Positions 12,272 to 24,075 of a stretch of 64,000 nucleotides of DNA are shown piece after piece. The translations under genes were made by a program, and so were the position numbers. The notes under the pieces are model-generated. The model did not search any database and had not been told where the DNA came from. It saw only the letters and a program-made list of their open reading frames with translations. Position 1 is the first letter of the stretch. The number at the start of each line of letters is the position of its first letter. The stretch lies in NCBI RefSeq assembly GCF_004010195.1, contig NC_057719.1, positions 4,495,464 through 4,559,463 of the forward strand, written 5' to 3'. The DNA is from Chiloscyllium plagiosum (lineage: Eukaryota).

Positions 12272-12852
12272 ACTTCACCTGACGAAGGAGCAGTACTCCG
12301 AAAGCTTGCGATTTCTACAGCCTGATGTCGTGTAATTTCTAACTTTGCCTATCCCAAGTCCCACATGGCCAGCTTCACAAGAGTTAAAAATGACATAACA
12401 CCAGGTTACAGTCCAACAGGTTTATTCAGGAGTACTAGCTTTCAGAGTGCTGTTCCTTCATAGAATTGCAGAAATCAAGAAATGACAAATTCTTGTAAAC
12501 AGTGAGCAATAAAGTCATTGCAAACAGTCAATCATGTATATCAGTTTACTTTTGGCAACTGAAAGTAAAGAGATTTCTAATTAGATGGTATTTAATAGAA
12601 GACTAATGATCTTTGATGAGTTGAATATCCACTATCAGGTACATTATAAACTCTAAAAGGTCTCTGTGAAACACGATTTGGAGATGCAGGTGTTGGGCTG
12701 GGATGTACAAAGTTATAGTCCAAAAGGCTTATTTGGAAACACTAGCTTTCGGGACACAACCACCCCATGGAGCAGTGTTCTGACAGCTAGTGCTTCCAAA
12801 TAAACCTGTTGGACTATAACCTGGTGTTATGTGACTTTTATCTTTGAAACAC
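12272..12852. mobile_element. Cluster of short Penelope-derived repeats with hammerhead cores
   Basis: CTGACGA-A-GGAG-cagta-CTCC-GAAAGCTT from 12279; a hairpin insert at 12675-12844 with TSD tgaaacac (12667-12674, 12845-12852). Confidence 0.7.
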
Positions 12853-13149
12853 AGCAGCATTGACATTAATGACTGGGACAAGCTGCTGCAAATCATACAG
12901 ACAAGCTGCATTGGACTGGAATACCAATGTCTTAATGATGAGGCACAGAAAAAAAGCAAAACAAAATAAAACCCACACTCTGGATTCCACTACCTCATGA
13001 GATATCCTGTCCCAGGTGCCCAGATATCCTGTCCCACTACCTCATGAGATATCCTGTCCCAGGTGCCCAAATTTGAGAATTAACCTGTTCAGTGATGTGA
13101 AGACCCATGAAAGAAACTCACCACTATGAGTAAATCTCATCCTTGAATC

Positions 13150-13600
13150 AAGGGACAGCTAATGACAATTATCAATCAGAAGCTGAGCTGGACAAGCCAT
13201 ATAAATATTGTAGCTAAAAGCACTGGTTAGAGGCTGGGAGTTTTGTGGTACTTCATTTTCTCATTCACAAAGCCTACCAATGTTTACAAAGTATAAGCAG
13301 GAATGCAATGGAATACTCCCCATTTGCCGGGATGAGTACAACTTGAAAAATACTCAAAGACACATCAGCTAGGATAAAACAACTTGCTTGACTGCCACAC
13401 CATCCAACAGGGTGCACGGCAACACCATGTGTAACATCTACAAGATGCGCTACAGCATTGCACCAAGGAACCTCTGACAGCACTTTGTTCTTCTAAGTGG
13501 TAGAGTTCAAGGTTTGCAAAGGAAGTAGGCTCCTGACACCATCTAAAAAGTTTCCCTCCAAAGCAGACACCATCCTGACTTGAAACTATTAACTCGAATA
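13150..13600 (+). mobile_element. L2/CR1-group LINE 3' fragment
   Basis: Degenerate RT C-terminal segment (YK..VR..MEYSP.AW) of a family also seen near 11000, 38110-38590 and 53405-53660. Confidence 0.55.
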
Positions 13601-13897
13601 GTTTTGTTCTCTTATCTATGGAAAGATAAAATGGCATTGCAGGCAATCCAAAAAAGGTTCACTAGTAGGAACAAATTACTCCAGATGCTGGAATCTGTAC
13701 TGAAAACAACAGGTGCTGGAAATCACAGCCGGTCAGGCAGCGTCCATTGAGACAGGGCAAGCTAACGTTTCGAGTCTAGGTGACTTAGTCATGGAGTCCT
13801 ACAGCATGGACACAGGCCTTTGGCCCAAACTGGTCCATGCGAATCAAAATGCCCATCAACACTAACCCCATTTCCCTGAACTTGGCCCATATCCTTC

Positions 13898-14102
13898 GAA
13901 GAAGAAAATAAGGATTGCAGATGCTAGAGATTAGAGTCGAGAGTGTGGTGCTGGAAAAGCACAGGTCAGGTAGCACCCAAGGAGCAGGAGAATCGACAAT
14001 TCAGCCAAAGCCCTTCATCGAGGTCTTTTACATGAAATGTTGATTCTCATGCTCCTCGGATGCTGCCTGACTTGCTGTGCTTTTTCAGCACCACATTCTT
14101 AA
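13898..14102. mobile_element. Palindromic Penelope-derived insert
   Basis: 12-bp TSD cccatatccttc (13886-13897, 14103-14114); diverged inverted arms. Confidence 0.8.
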
Positions 14103-15115
14103 CCCATATCCTTCAAATTTTTCCTATCCATATATTTGTCCAAATACCTTTTAAATGTTGTTAATGTATCTGCCTCAAACACTTCTGCTAGCAGCTCATT
14201 CCATGTGTAGCACCCTCTGTGTAAAAACGTTGCCCTTCAGGTTCCTTTCCATTCTTTCCCCTCTTACCTTAAACTGATGGCACTTAATCCTCGATTTCCC
14301 AACCCTGGGAAAAATACAGTGCATTCACCCTATCCATGCCTGCCATGATATTATACACTTCTTTAAGATGCTTCCTTAGTCTACTACGCTTTAAAGAAAA
14401 ACGTCCTAGCTTGTCCAACCTGTCCCTATAACTCAGGCTGTTGAGCCCTGGCAACATCCTTGTAAATTTCTTCTGCATTCCTTCCAGTTTAATAACATTC
14501 TTCCTACAGCAAGGTGACCAAAGCTGAACACAATATTCCAAGTGTAGCCTCACCAGTGTTCTGTACGACTTCAACATACCAACTTCTATACTTAATGCCC
14601 TGACTGATAAAGGCTGATGTGCCAAAAGCCTTCTTCACTGCCTTGTCTACCTGTGACTCCACTTTCAGAGAACAGTGCACCTGAACTCCAAGGTCTCTCT
14701 GTTCTGCTAGACTCCTTAAGGCCTCATCATTCACCATGAAACTCCTGTCTTGATTTGACTTTCCAAAATGCAAGACCTCACACGTACCTATATTAAACTC
14801 CATTTGCCATTTCTCACCCCACTTCTCCAGCTAATCAAGGCCCTGCTGCAATTTATGATAACCTTACTCACTGTACACAGTACCTCCTACTTTAGTGCCA
14901 TCTCCAAACTTACTAGTCATGCCTTCTACGTTTTCATTCTTGTACGTTTGATACAGGTAACAAACAGCAATGGGCCTTGCACCGATCCCTAAGACAGGCC
15001 TTCACTCCTTCCACTCCCTTGGATCCCATGAGATCTAACATTCCAGAGCTGCTTATCGTGTGGAACCTTATCAAAGGCCTTACTGAAATCCATATGAACT
15101 ACATCTACCACCCTG

Positions 15116-15300
15116 GAGAAAGTGAGGACTGCAGATGCTGGAGATCAGAGCTGAAAAATGTGTTGCTGGAAAAGCGCAGGTCAGGCAGCATCCAAGGAGC
15201 AGGAGAATCGATGTTTTGGGCATAAGCTTATGCCCGAAACGTCGATTCTCCTGCTCCTTGGATGCTGCCTGACCTGCTGGGCTTTTCCAGCAACACATTT
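15116..15300. mobile_element. Palindromic Penelope-derived insert
   Basis: 16-bp TSD tacatctaccaccctg (15100-15115, 15301-15316); about 72-bp arms centred on gggcataag|cttatgccc. Confidence 0.85.
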
Positions 15301-15563
15301 TACATCTACCACCCTGCCCTCAGCAACCTTCCTGGTCACTTCATCAAAAGAACTCTAACAAACGTTAGAGGCATGATCTCCTATGCACAAAGCTATGCAA
15401 ACTAGTCCTAATCAAACCCTGTCATTCCAAATGCATGTATATCTTATCTATCAGCAAGTCAATCAGAGCTCTGATGAAGAGTCATCTAATCTCAAAACAT
15501 TAGTTTGCTCTCTCTCCACGGATACTGCCTGACCCGCTGTGATCTCAAGCATTTGTTGTTTTC

Positions 15564-16365
15564 AGGTTCACTGGATTGATACCAGGTATAGACAGACTGT
15601 CTCATGAGGAGAGGTGGAATATATTTGGGCCTATTCTTGTTGAAATATAGAAAAATGAGAGGAGACCTTGTTGAAATATGCAGGACTCTTAGAGGATTTG
15701 ACAGTGTAGATGTAGAAAAGTTGGTTCCACTTGTGAGAGAGTCTATAAACGGAGGGCATAATCTCAGAACAAAGGGTCGTACATAAAGGAGAAATAAGGA
15801 GGAATTTCTTCTCTTAAAAGTATAGAATCATAACCTACTTCCATTAGGTATTCTATTTGGCTTATCAAGTCCACACTGACCCTCCGAAGAGCATCCCACC
15901 CTCAGCGTGCTCTGCCTCTAACAACCCCCTTCCCCCAATCCTAGCAACCCTGCATTTCCCATGGCTAATTCACCCAACCTGCACATCTTTGGACTGTGGG
16001 AGGAAACCACAGCATCTGTGCAGAAACTCATGCAGACACGGGACGAATGTGCAAACTCCACACAGTCACCCAAGATTGGAATCGAACCTGGGTCCCTGAT
16101 GCTGTGAGGCAGTAGTGCTAACCACTGAACCAATGTGCCACCCAACAAGTAGTGAATCTGTGGAACACAGGACTCTTGAGACTGATTCATTAAGTACATT
16201 GAAGAATCAGATAGGCAGATTTTTAATTTTTGAAGAAAATCAGGGATATGAGGAAAAAGGCAGCAAAGTGGATTTGAGGATTATCAGATCAGCCACAGCA
16301 CAAATGGCAGAGCAGACTCAATGGACAAAATGGCCTATGCTTGCTCTTCTATGTCTTATGGTTTT
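15564..16365 (+). mobile_element. CR1 3' end with an inserted minus-strand HE1 SINE (about 15858-16143)
   Basis: RKMRGDLVEI..LRGFDSVDVEK; HE1 core on the minus strand. Confidence 0.8.
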
Positions 16366-16954
16366 ACTGCATGTATGTGGAAAACAATACTGATAACATT
16401 TAGCAAGCAGCCATAATCTATTACCGAACAGTTTCTATCATGACCAGCAAATCACTCAAGTGCTCAAATGAAGTATTTGGACTCATTTCAAGTTTCAAGG
16501 TCAAATATCCATATCTGTATTGCTGGGAGTGTGATTGGTGTTTACGGCACTAAACTACATAAATTAAAAAACCAACCTGCACACTTTACTGACAGTCTGA
16601 CTTGTTACTACTCAGAAGACAATGTATTTTTGACTTTCATATAATTGTTTTGAATTCTTTTCACTGTTAACAATACATAGCAGGTTAATTGTTCGTTTCA
16701 GAGTTATCACTGAAAGGTGCAGAAATATGCATTGTTGTTTTAGTAGTTGGCCGGGGACTTGGTTTTTGACAAAGAGAAGTGTTTGCCAATATTAATTCAA
16801 ATGTAAAAAGATCAACTTAAATTTTACTGCCTGGTGGATGAATACATAAAAATTTAAGTGCCAGTTTGATGCCCATCTTTCTATTGCATTGTTGGAATAG
16901 GTAATGTTGGAACACTGTGCAAGGAGCCATTCCAGTAGGGGGAGAGAAGAGAAA

Positions 16955-18400
16955 TGCAATATAAGAAATGAGCTTGTGGTAGAGATTGAAATTGGCAGGC
17001 CTGACATGGTGGGCATCACGGATATGTGGCTACAAGAGGATCAGGATTGGGAGCTGAATATTCAAGGATATATATCCTATCAACAAGATGGGCAGGTGGA
17101 GAGAGGGGTTGGGATTGCCTTATTAGTAAGAAATGAAATTAAATCAATAGTAAGAAACAAAATAAGGTCAGATGGTGCAGAATCTGTGTGGGTAGAATTG
17201 GGGAACTGCAAAAGATTAAAAAACAGAGCTGGAGTCATGTACGGGCCTCCAAACAGTAGTCAGGAGCTGGGTAGCAAGATACACCAGAACATTGTTTCTA
17301 TGTGTAGGAAAAACAAAGTTACAGTGATCATGGGGAATTTCAGTATACAGGTGCGCTGGGAAGATCAGGTTGGTAGCAATTCATAAGAAAAGGAATTTGT
17401 GGAATGTCTGAGAGATGAATTTTTGAAGCAGCTGGTGATGGAGCCCATTAGGCAACAGGCAATACTAGATTTAGTGTTGTGCAATGAAGCAGACTTGATA
17501 AGGCAGCTTAAAATGAAGGAACCTTGAGGAAGCAGCGATCATAACATGATCAAATTTACTCTGCAATTTGAGACAGAGAAGACAGAATCAGAGGTAACGG
17601 TATTACAGCTGAATAAAGGCAACTTTGGAGGCATGAGGGAGGAGCTGGGTAGAACTGACTGGGAGAAGAGTCCAGCAGGAAGGACAGTGGAACAGCAGTG
17701 GCCAGAGTTTCTGGGAGTAATTCAGGAGACACAGCAGAGATTCATCTTGAGGAAAAAGCAGCATGGTGCAGGGTGGATAAGGCAACCGTGGCTGACCAGG
17801 GAAGTCAGGGACAGCATAAAAGCAAAAGAGAAAAAGCATGTGAAGTAGCAATGAAGAGTGGGAAACCAGAGGATTTGGAAGCTTACAAAGATCAACAGAG
17901 GGCAACAAAAAGAGAAATAAGGAGGGAGAAGATTAAATAGGAGGGTAAGCTCGCCAGTAATATAAAAGGAAGACTATAAAAGCTTCTTTAGATATATAAA
18001 ACGGCAGAGGGAAAAGTGGACATTGGGCCACTGGAAAGTGACACAGGAGAGATAGTAGTGGGAAACAAAGAAATGGATGAGGAACTGAATAATTATTTTG
18101 TGTCAGTCTTCACAGTGGATGACACAAGTAATTTCCAAAACATTCAAGACAGTGAAGGGACAGAGCTGAGTATGGGGGCCAACACCAAGAAGGTGCTAGA
18201 AAAACTGAATGCCTGAAGGTGAATAAATCACCTCGACCAGATAGCTATCTCCCTTAGAACTCCAGGGTGTAGGCTGCAGAGATAGTGGAGGTGTTAGTGG
18301 TAACGTTTCAGGAATCACTAGAGTCAGGGAGAGTCCCAGAGGTCCAAAAAACCTTAAATGTGACACCCCTGTTTGAATGATTGAAACTACTCTGCAATTT
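16955..18400 (+). mobile_element. CR1 LINE ORF2 5' part (APE endonuclease), disrupted
   Basis: DMVGITDMWLQ..DWELNIQGY, ESVWVEL, YGPPNS, ILDLVLCNE and SDHNMI motifs. Confidence 0.9.
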
Positions 18401-18528
18401 GAGAGAGAAAGAGAGCGCGCAAGAGAGAGCGAAAGAACGAGAGCGAAAGAACGAGAAAGAGAGAAAAAGAGAGCGAGAGCGAGAGAGAAAAAGAGAGCGA
18501 GAGAGAGCGCGAGAGAAAAAGAAAAAAG
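18401..18528. repeat. GA-rich microsatellite / polypurine tract
   Basis: Imperfect (GA)n/(GAAA)n run. Confidence 0.9.
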
Positions 18529-19544
18529 CCTGCATGTGTACGGACAAAATAAGAGCAGACCTATACATGTCAAATCATACAAAAAATTTGCATTTCAACA
18601 CAATCATCCTAACAACAAGCCATTGGTTCATCTCAGGTACAACAGCTGTTTCATATAATAGCAAAGCTCTAAATTATCCATCGATGTACAATCGATATTT
18701 CAACTGTGAGAGAAGTCTAATATATAGCAAAGAAAAGAGAGCATTGTGTACTCCCACACCACTAGGGTGTTGAGTGTGAAAACATGTTCAAACACTTTCT
18801 AACGAAAGCAGTGGCTAGAGGTTTGAAGTTACCTTGCTTACCTTGGCAAGTGAGAACATCAGATACTAAATAAAAACCATACAAATCAGTGGAAACATAA
18901 TTGACAGGTGACACATCACTCAGGATGACCAGCCTATTATTTCACTAAATATGCATAAAGAACTGGCTGGTTATTTACTTTCGATTAAGAAAACAAAAAC
19001 ACTGCTGATTGGATGCTTCACATACTAAGTCTCTGCAGCTATAGCAGTGATCCTCAGCTGCTAATTTACCTCAGTTCAAAGAATATTACATCATGGAGTA
19101 ACTGCCTCACTACTTATCAGGAGAACTTTGTCAGAGGAAAAGGATATAGAAATCAAAGCAAAATAAGTGACACCAAAATATTTTTGAAGTTCAAAATTTC
19201 TTGTTTTCAATTTTTGCTGTGCAATATTAGAAATAAACCTAAAATTCCAATCTGCTATTTTCACAACATCCCTAAGTGTTTGATGTCTTAATAGTACACC
19301 CAGTGGTCCTTATTCTAGTGACAGCTCAGACAGTAATGTCACCATGCTCTTGTATAGCATATTATCCCACAAGGTCCTAACCTTATTGACACTACATATT
19401 CTCTTTTAGCAGATCTGCTGTAAAATCCAATTAACACATTTGTTTTTAACATTGCAGAATATATCTCAAACGTTGATACTTTTTAGCAAATCATTTTTAT
19501 TAGAAAAATAATATCATATACCAAAAAATGAACAGAAATCTCGG

Positions 19545-21075
19545 TGTCTCATTTGCTCTTTTCTCCAATGAAAACAACCCCAAGTGCCTCAGCCTTTCCT
19601 CATACGATCTTCCTACCATACCAGGCAACATCCTGGTAAACCTCCTCTGCACCCGTTCCAGTGCCTTCAACATCCTTCCTATAGTATGGCGACCAAAACT
19701 GCACACAATACTCCAGAGTTTTATACAACTGCAACATGATCTCAGGACTCCGGAACTCAATTCCTCTACCAATAAAAGGCAGGAGCCCATTTGCCTTCTT
19801 CACCGCACTAGGTAGAGAGACACATAGCATTGAGGCAGTGGGGAGGCTGCAGAAGGAATTGGACAGGTTAGGAGTGTGTGCAAAGAAATGGCAGGCTAAT
19901 TACAACATAGGAAAGTGTGAGGTCATGCACTTTGGTAGAAAGAATAGAGACATTGATGGTTTTCTAAATGGGCAGAAAATCAGAAGTCTGAAGTGCAAAA
20001 GGGACCTGAGAGAATCTTGAAATAGAACTCCCAAGTAAACTTGCAGGTTGAGTCGGTAGTTAGGAAGGCAAATGCAATAATGGCATTTATTTCGAGAGGA
20101 CTTGAATATAAAAGCAGGGATATACTTCAGAGGCTTTTTAAGGCTCTGGTCAGACCACATGTGGAATACCGTGCACAGTTTTGGGCCCCATATCTCAGGA
20201 ACAATGTATTTGCCCTTAAGTGTGTTCAGAGGAGGTTCACAAGAATGGTCCCAAGAATGAAGTTAAAAATCACAACACCAGGTTATAGTCCAACAGGTTA
20301 CATTCTCAGGTTAACTGAGACTTTTAAAAAAGAAAGTTTTGTGATTTACATATGAAAGAAGTGAAATGATCATGGCATTCAAACAGATGAAAGACTCAAC
20401 AAACAATCAAGGTATTTTTCAATGTATAACTTCAGTTACATCACACTGTAAACTTTTGCTATAAATTCTGTGTCTTACAATTGTGTCCTCCACAACCACC
20501 CAATGAAGGAGCGACGCTCCGAAAGCTAGTGCTTCCAATTAAACCTGTCGGACTATAGCCTGGTGTTGTGTGATTTTTAACTTTGTACACCCCAGTCCAA
20601 CACCGGCATCTCTAAACCCAAGAATGAAAAACTTAACACATGAGGAACATTTGAGGACTTTGGGGCTACACTCAATGGTGTTTAGAAGAATGAGGGGGGA
20701 TCTAATTGAAAATATAGAGAATACTGAATGGCCTGGACAGAGTGAATGTTGAGAAGATATTTCCATTGGTAGGAGAGGCTAGGACTCAAGGGCACAGCTG
20801 TAGAGGAAAGGGAAGGCCTTTTTGAACAGAGATAAAGAGAAGCTTCTTCAGCCAGACAGTGACGAATCTATGGAATTCACTGCCACAGAAAGCTGTGAAG
20901 GCCAGATCATTGACTACATTTAAGAATGTGATAGATAGGTTCATGATTGTAAAGGAGATCAAGGACTACGAGGAGGAAATGGGAGAATGGGATTGAGAAA
21001 AATATCAGCTATGATTGAATGTTGGAGCAGATTCGATGGGCTGAATGGCCTAATTTCTGCTCCTTTGTGTTATGG
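19545..21075. mobile_element. CR1 fragments (minus about 19545-19810; plus about 19812-21075)
   Basis: LERVQRRFTRMLPG on the minus strand; LQKELDRL, KCEVMHFG and ALVRPHVEY on the plus strand, with a 3' tail. Confidence 0.85.
20262..20616 (+). mobile_element. Penelope 3'-end insert with inverted 5' terminus
   Basis: 12-bp TSD cccaagaatgaa (20250-20261, 20617-20628); decayed hammerhead ccaatga-a-GGAGC-gac-GCTCC-GAAAGCTAGTG. Confidence 0.8.
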
Positions 21076-21436
21076 TAGGAGAAGGAGGCCAGTGCATTTA
21101 GGTCTTTTATTCTGACACTTTTATAGGATCTCGAAGCAAGTTGATCTTAGTTACCTGGCATCAGGTCAAAGAATCAAACCAGCCAGGGTTATTGATGCTT
21201 TAACAGCTGCATCCAACATGAAGACACAAGTTTAGTCTGAGCAGGGCATCGTATCCTGCAGACTATTTTCTTGGACAGCTGTCATCGGAGGTTCCAATTA
21301 CAGTTTCTATTGGGATACTCACACTGAGATCATAGCCTACATTCAATGCCCAGTCAGTAAAGACTCAGATTGTTTTGAATGTGTTGCTTCAAAGATCTAG
21401 TATATTTTGAGGAGTAATTTGGGGAAATTTATTTTT

Positions 21437-21801
21437 ATTCACATGGGCATCACTAGCTGGCCAGCATTTATTGTTTGTCCCTAGTTGCCTTTGAATGGCT
21501 TGCTAGGCCATTTCAAAGGGCAGTTGAGAGTCAACCACTTTGTTGTAGGTCTTGAGTCACATGAAAGCCAGACCAGGTAAGGATGGCAGTTTCCTACCCG
21601 AAGGGTATCAGTGAACCAGATGGGTTTTTCCTGACAATCGACAATAGTTTCATAATCATCAATAGATTCCTAATTCCAGATTATTATTGAATTCAAATTC
21701 CACCATCTGCCATGGTGGGAGTTGAAACCCCATCCCCAGAACATCAGCTGAGTTTCTGGATTAATAGTCGAGTGATAATACCATTAGGCCATCGCCTCCC
21801 C
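21437..21801 (-). mobile_element. tRNA-headed SINE of a second family, with LINE-like 3' tail
   Basis: Minus-strand start GGGGAGGCGATGGCCTAATGG (A box) with a degenerate B box; tail AATAAATGCTGGCCAGCTAGTGATGCCC; related copy at about 41640-41920. Confidence 0.65.
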
Positions 21802-21863
21802 ATGGGCCATGTATTTTGGTTATGTTTTCACATCTATTGCAAAGCATGCGAAGTTTACATATA

Positions 21864-22082
21864 CAGGTCGTTCTGCTATAACGCACATTTTGTTAATGTG
21901 AATTTGCTGTAATGCGATTCATTAATTGTGGATACTGCTTCTAAAGCGTGAACCTTTAAAATGTGTGTTGGCTGTAATGTGATTACATCACCACCACTTG
22001 AAGCACTGTTTCTAAAGTGTGACTTTTCTATAATGCAGGGTTGCACAAGAATGTAACCATTGCATTATAGAAGAACTATCTG
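21864..22082. mobile_element. Tc1/mariner (Tigger/pogo-like) MITE
   Basis: TA on both sides; about 21-bp TIRs CAGGTCGTTCTGCTATAACGC / GCATTATAGAAGAACTATCTG; non-coding. Confidence 0.8.
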
Positions 22083-22545
22083 TACCACGTCTAAGTACTA
22101 ATCATTTTTTTAAAAATTCCATTGAAATAAATTGGTGCTTCCGAACCCAAGACTCACTCTGATAGAATGCAAATTCAATTTGCCTCAACAGTAATGTATG
22201 TTCTGGGAGTGCACTTCAAATACCAGTAGACTGGTATCTTGCTATCATTTATATTGGTATAGGGTAGGCAAAAGCAAAGGGGACACAAGTGAGATTGGCA
22301 TGCTGTATGACTCCATAATGTGGGATCCGAGCAGAATAGCTAACATAAAAGATAAAAGAACTGTAACATTGGTGGCCTGATGGAATATGAATATCCACCA
22401 TGAACGGACTATAGTTACACTAAAATTATGAAACAGCAGCAGTATCCTACAACAATCTCACTTACATGGCTACTTTGATTGGTGATTCAATAAAAGTGGT
22501 CTCTCGTTGAGAGGCATTATTCAATCAATCATTCATCGTCCTTAC

Positions 22546-23238
22546 CTTGATACGGGTCTGTGCCCATTACAAGATTGCCTTCACTTTGAAACTGCCACAG
22601 GTCGTTTGCTGCTGCATTCACATCCAACAGAGTGGGAAACTGCCACCCTGTAGCTGCAACTGGCTCATTCATGTGTGCTGGCATCGATTGCCATTCCATA
22701 ATACCACCACGCTGGCTATCATGCTGCCGAGGTTGAAACTGCCAGCCTGTTGGGAGCTCAAACCCACCCATATTCTGAGCAAGTGCTGGTGTCCAACCTG
22801 CAGTTTCATCCTTCAGTCCTTGGGTTGACAATGTTGGCCAGCCTGTGACAGTCTCAGATGTCGAGGTCAACTGCCATCCCACAATACTCTGGTCCTGATT
22901 GATACTCTCCACAGCAGCAGCCTGCCACTGTTCTGACTGCTGGGACAATGTTGGCACATTCTTAGTTTGCTGCCATGCCATGGTGGCCTCTTCCACCTCC
23001 CAGCTCTCTGATGGTTGATCCTGGGGCTTTTTCTCCATGTCAACACTCACTGGTGTCTCCCCTGCTGATTCCCCTTTTGAAGGTTCACCTGGCCTCTCCC
23101 GAAACCAATCCTGAAGCAAAGCAGTCTGGTCTTTGCTAAGTGGTAGCCGTGGAGCAGAATCTCCATCAGATAGTCTGTCACTTTCCAATAATGATGCTGT
23201 TGAACATTCCCCTGAAGAGTCATCCTCAATGTAAGGGC
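22546..23238 (-). CDS. ANGEL1: ANGEL1 coding exon 2 (low-complexity N-terminal region)
   Basis: Acceptor ttttttctgtcag|G and donor CAAG|GTAAG; 693 nt, phase 1-1, open and in frame with ORF 22529..23188. LLQDWFRE resembles human LLQQWREE. Confidence 0.85.
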
Positions 23239-23267
23239 CTGACAGAAAAAAAATTAAAATAACTTTT

Positions 23268-23563
23268 TAGATTACATTACAGTATGGAAACAGGCCCTTC
23301 GGCCCAACAAGTCCACACCGACCTGCCAAAGGGCAACCCACCCATACCCCTACACCTAACACTACGGGCAATTTAGCGTGGCCAATTCACCTGACCTGCA
23401 CATCTTTGGACTGTGGGAGGAAACCTGAGCACCCGGAGGAAACCCACGCAGACACGGGGAGAACGTGCAAACTCCACACAGTCAGTTGCCTGAGGCGGAA
23501 ATTGAACCCAGGTCTCTGGCGCTGTGAGGCAGCAGTGCTAACCACTGTGCCACCGTGCCGCCC
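23268..23563 (-). mobile_element. HE1-type SINE
   Basis: Near-complete GGGCGGCACGGTGGCACAGTGG head, B box, core and tail. Confidence 0.92.
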
Positions 23564-23564
23564 A

Positions 23565-24075
23565 CTTGCTGCATTTATATAAATATTCTGCATTTACAGA
23601 TACATTTTGTTCCAAAAGCACACAGTCTGTAGGCAGTCAGTTCACGTGAATTTTATAAATTCCTACTTTGGAAATAAAACCAGTCTGACTCAAGCATGGA
23701 ATACAGGCAGACTGTAACCTTGTGCCTTTAATACATTATCTGAACTGAGATGTCACTCTTTTTAAAAAATAAACCTAAGTTACCTCTTTAAAGAAGTTCT
23801 GGGATTTACATATTGATTACACGAAACCTTGATTCCCATTCTAAGCGATTAAAGACTTAACGGTACTCTAAGTTTGTTCAATACTTTGCATCAATTGCAT
23901 GACACTTTGATCTTTTACTATAAATTCTGTGTCCTGTGATCCTGCCCCACCAGCTATGTGATGATGGAGCAGCGTTACGAAAGCTTATACTTCCAAATAA
24001 ACCTGTTGGACTATAAGCTGGTGACGTGCAATTTTTAAACTTGATCCAACCCAATCCAACATCGGCACCTCGAAG
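23565..24075 (+). mobile_element. Penelope 3' region / pLTR fragment
   Basis: Similar to 20300-20616; ends with a decayed hammerhead and the aaacctgttggactata..ctggtg terminus. Confidence 0.65.

Larger units (their letters stand above)
13787..15455 (-). mobile_element. CR1 LINE 3' part nested in a Penelope-derived hairpin
   Basis: Minus-strand ORFs MEFNIGTCEVLHFGK..QRDLGVQVH and YRTLVRLHLEYCVQLWSP; carries two further inserts. Confidence 0.9.

Noticed and set aside
18196..18773. Arg/Glu-rich and Leu/Ser-rich ORFs
   Set aside because: Translations of a GA microsatellite.
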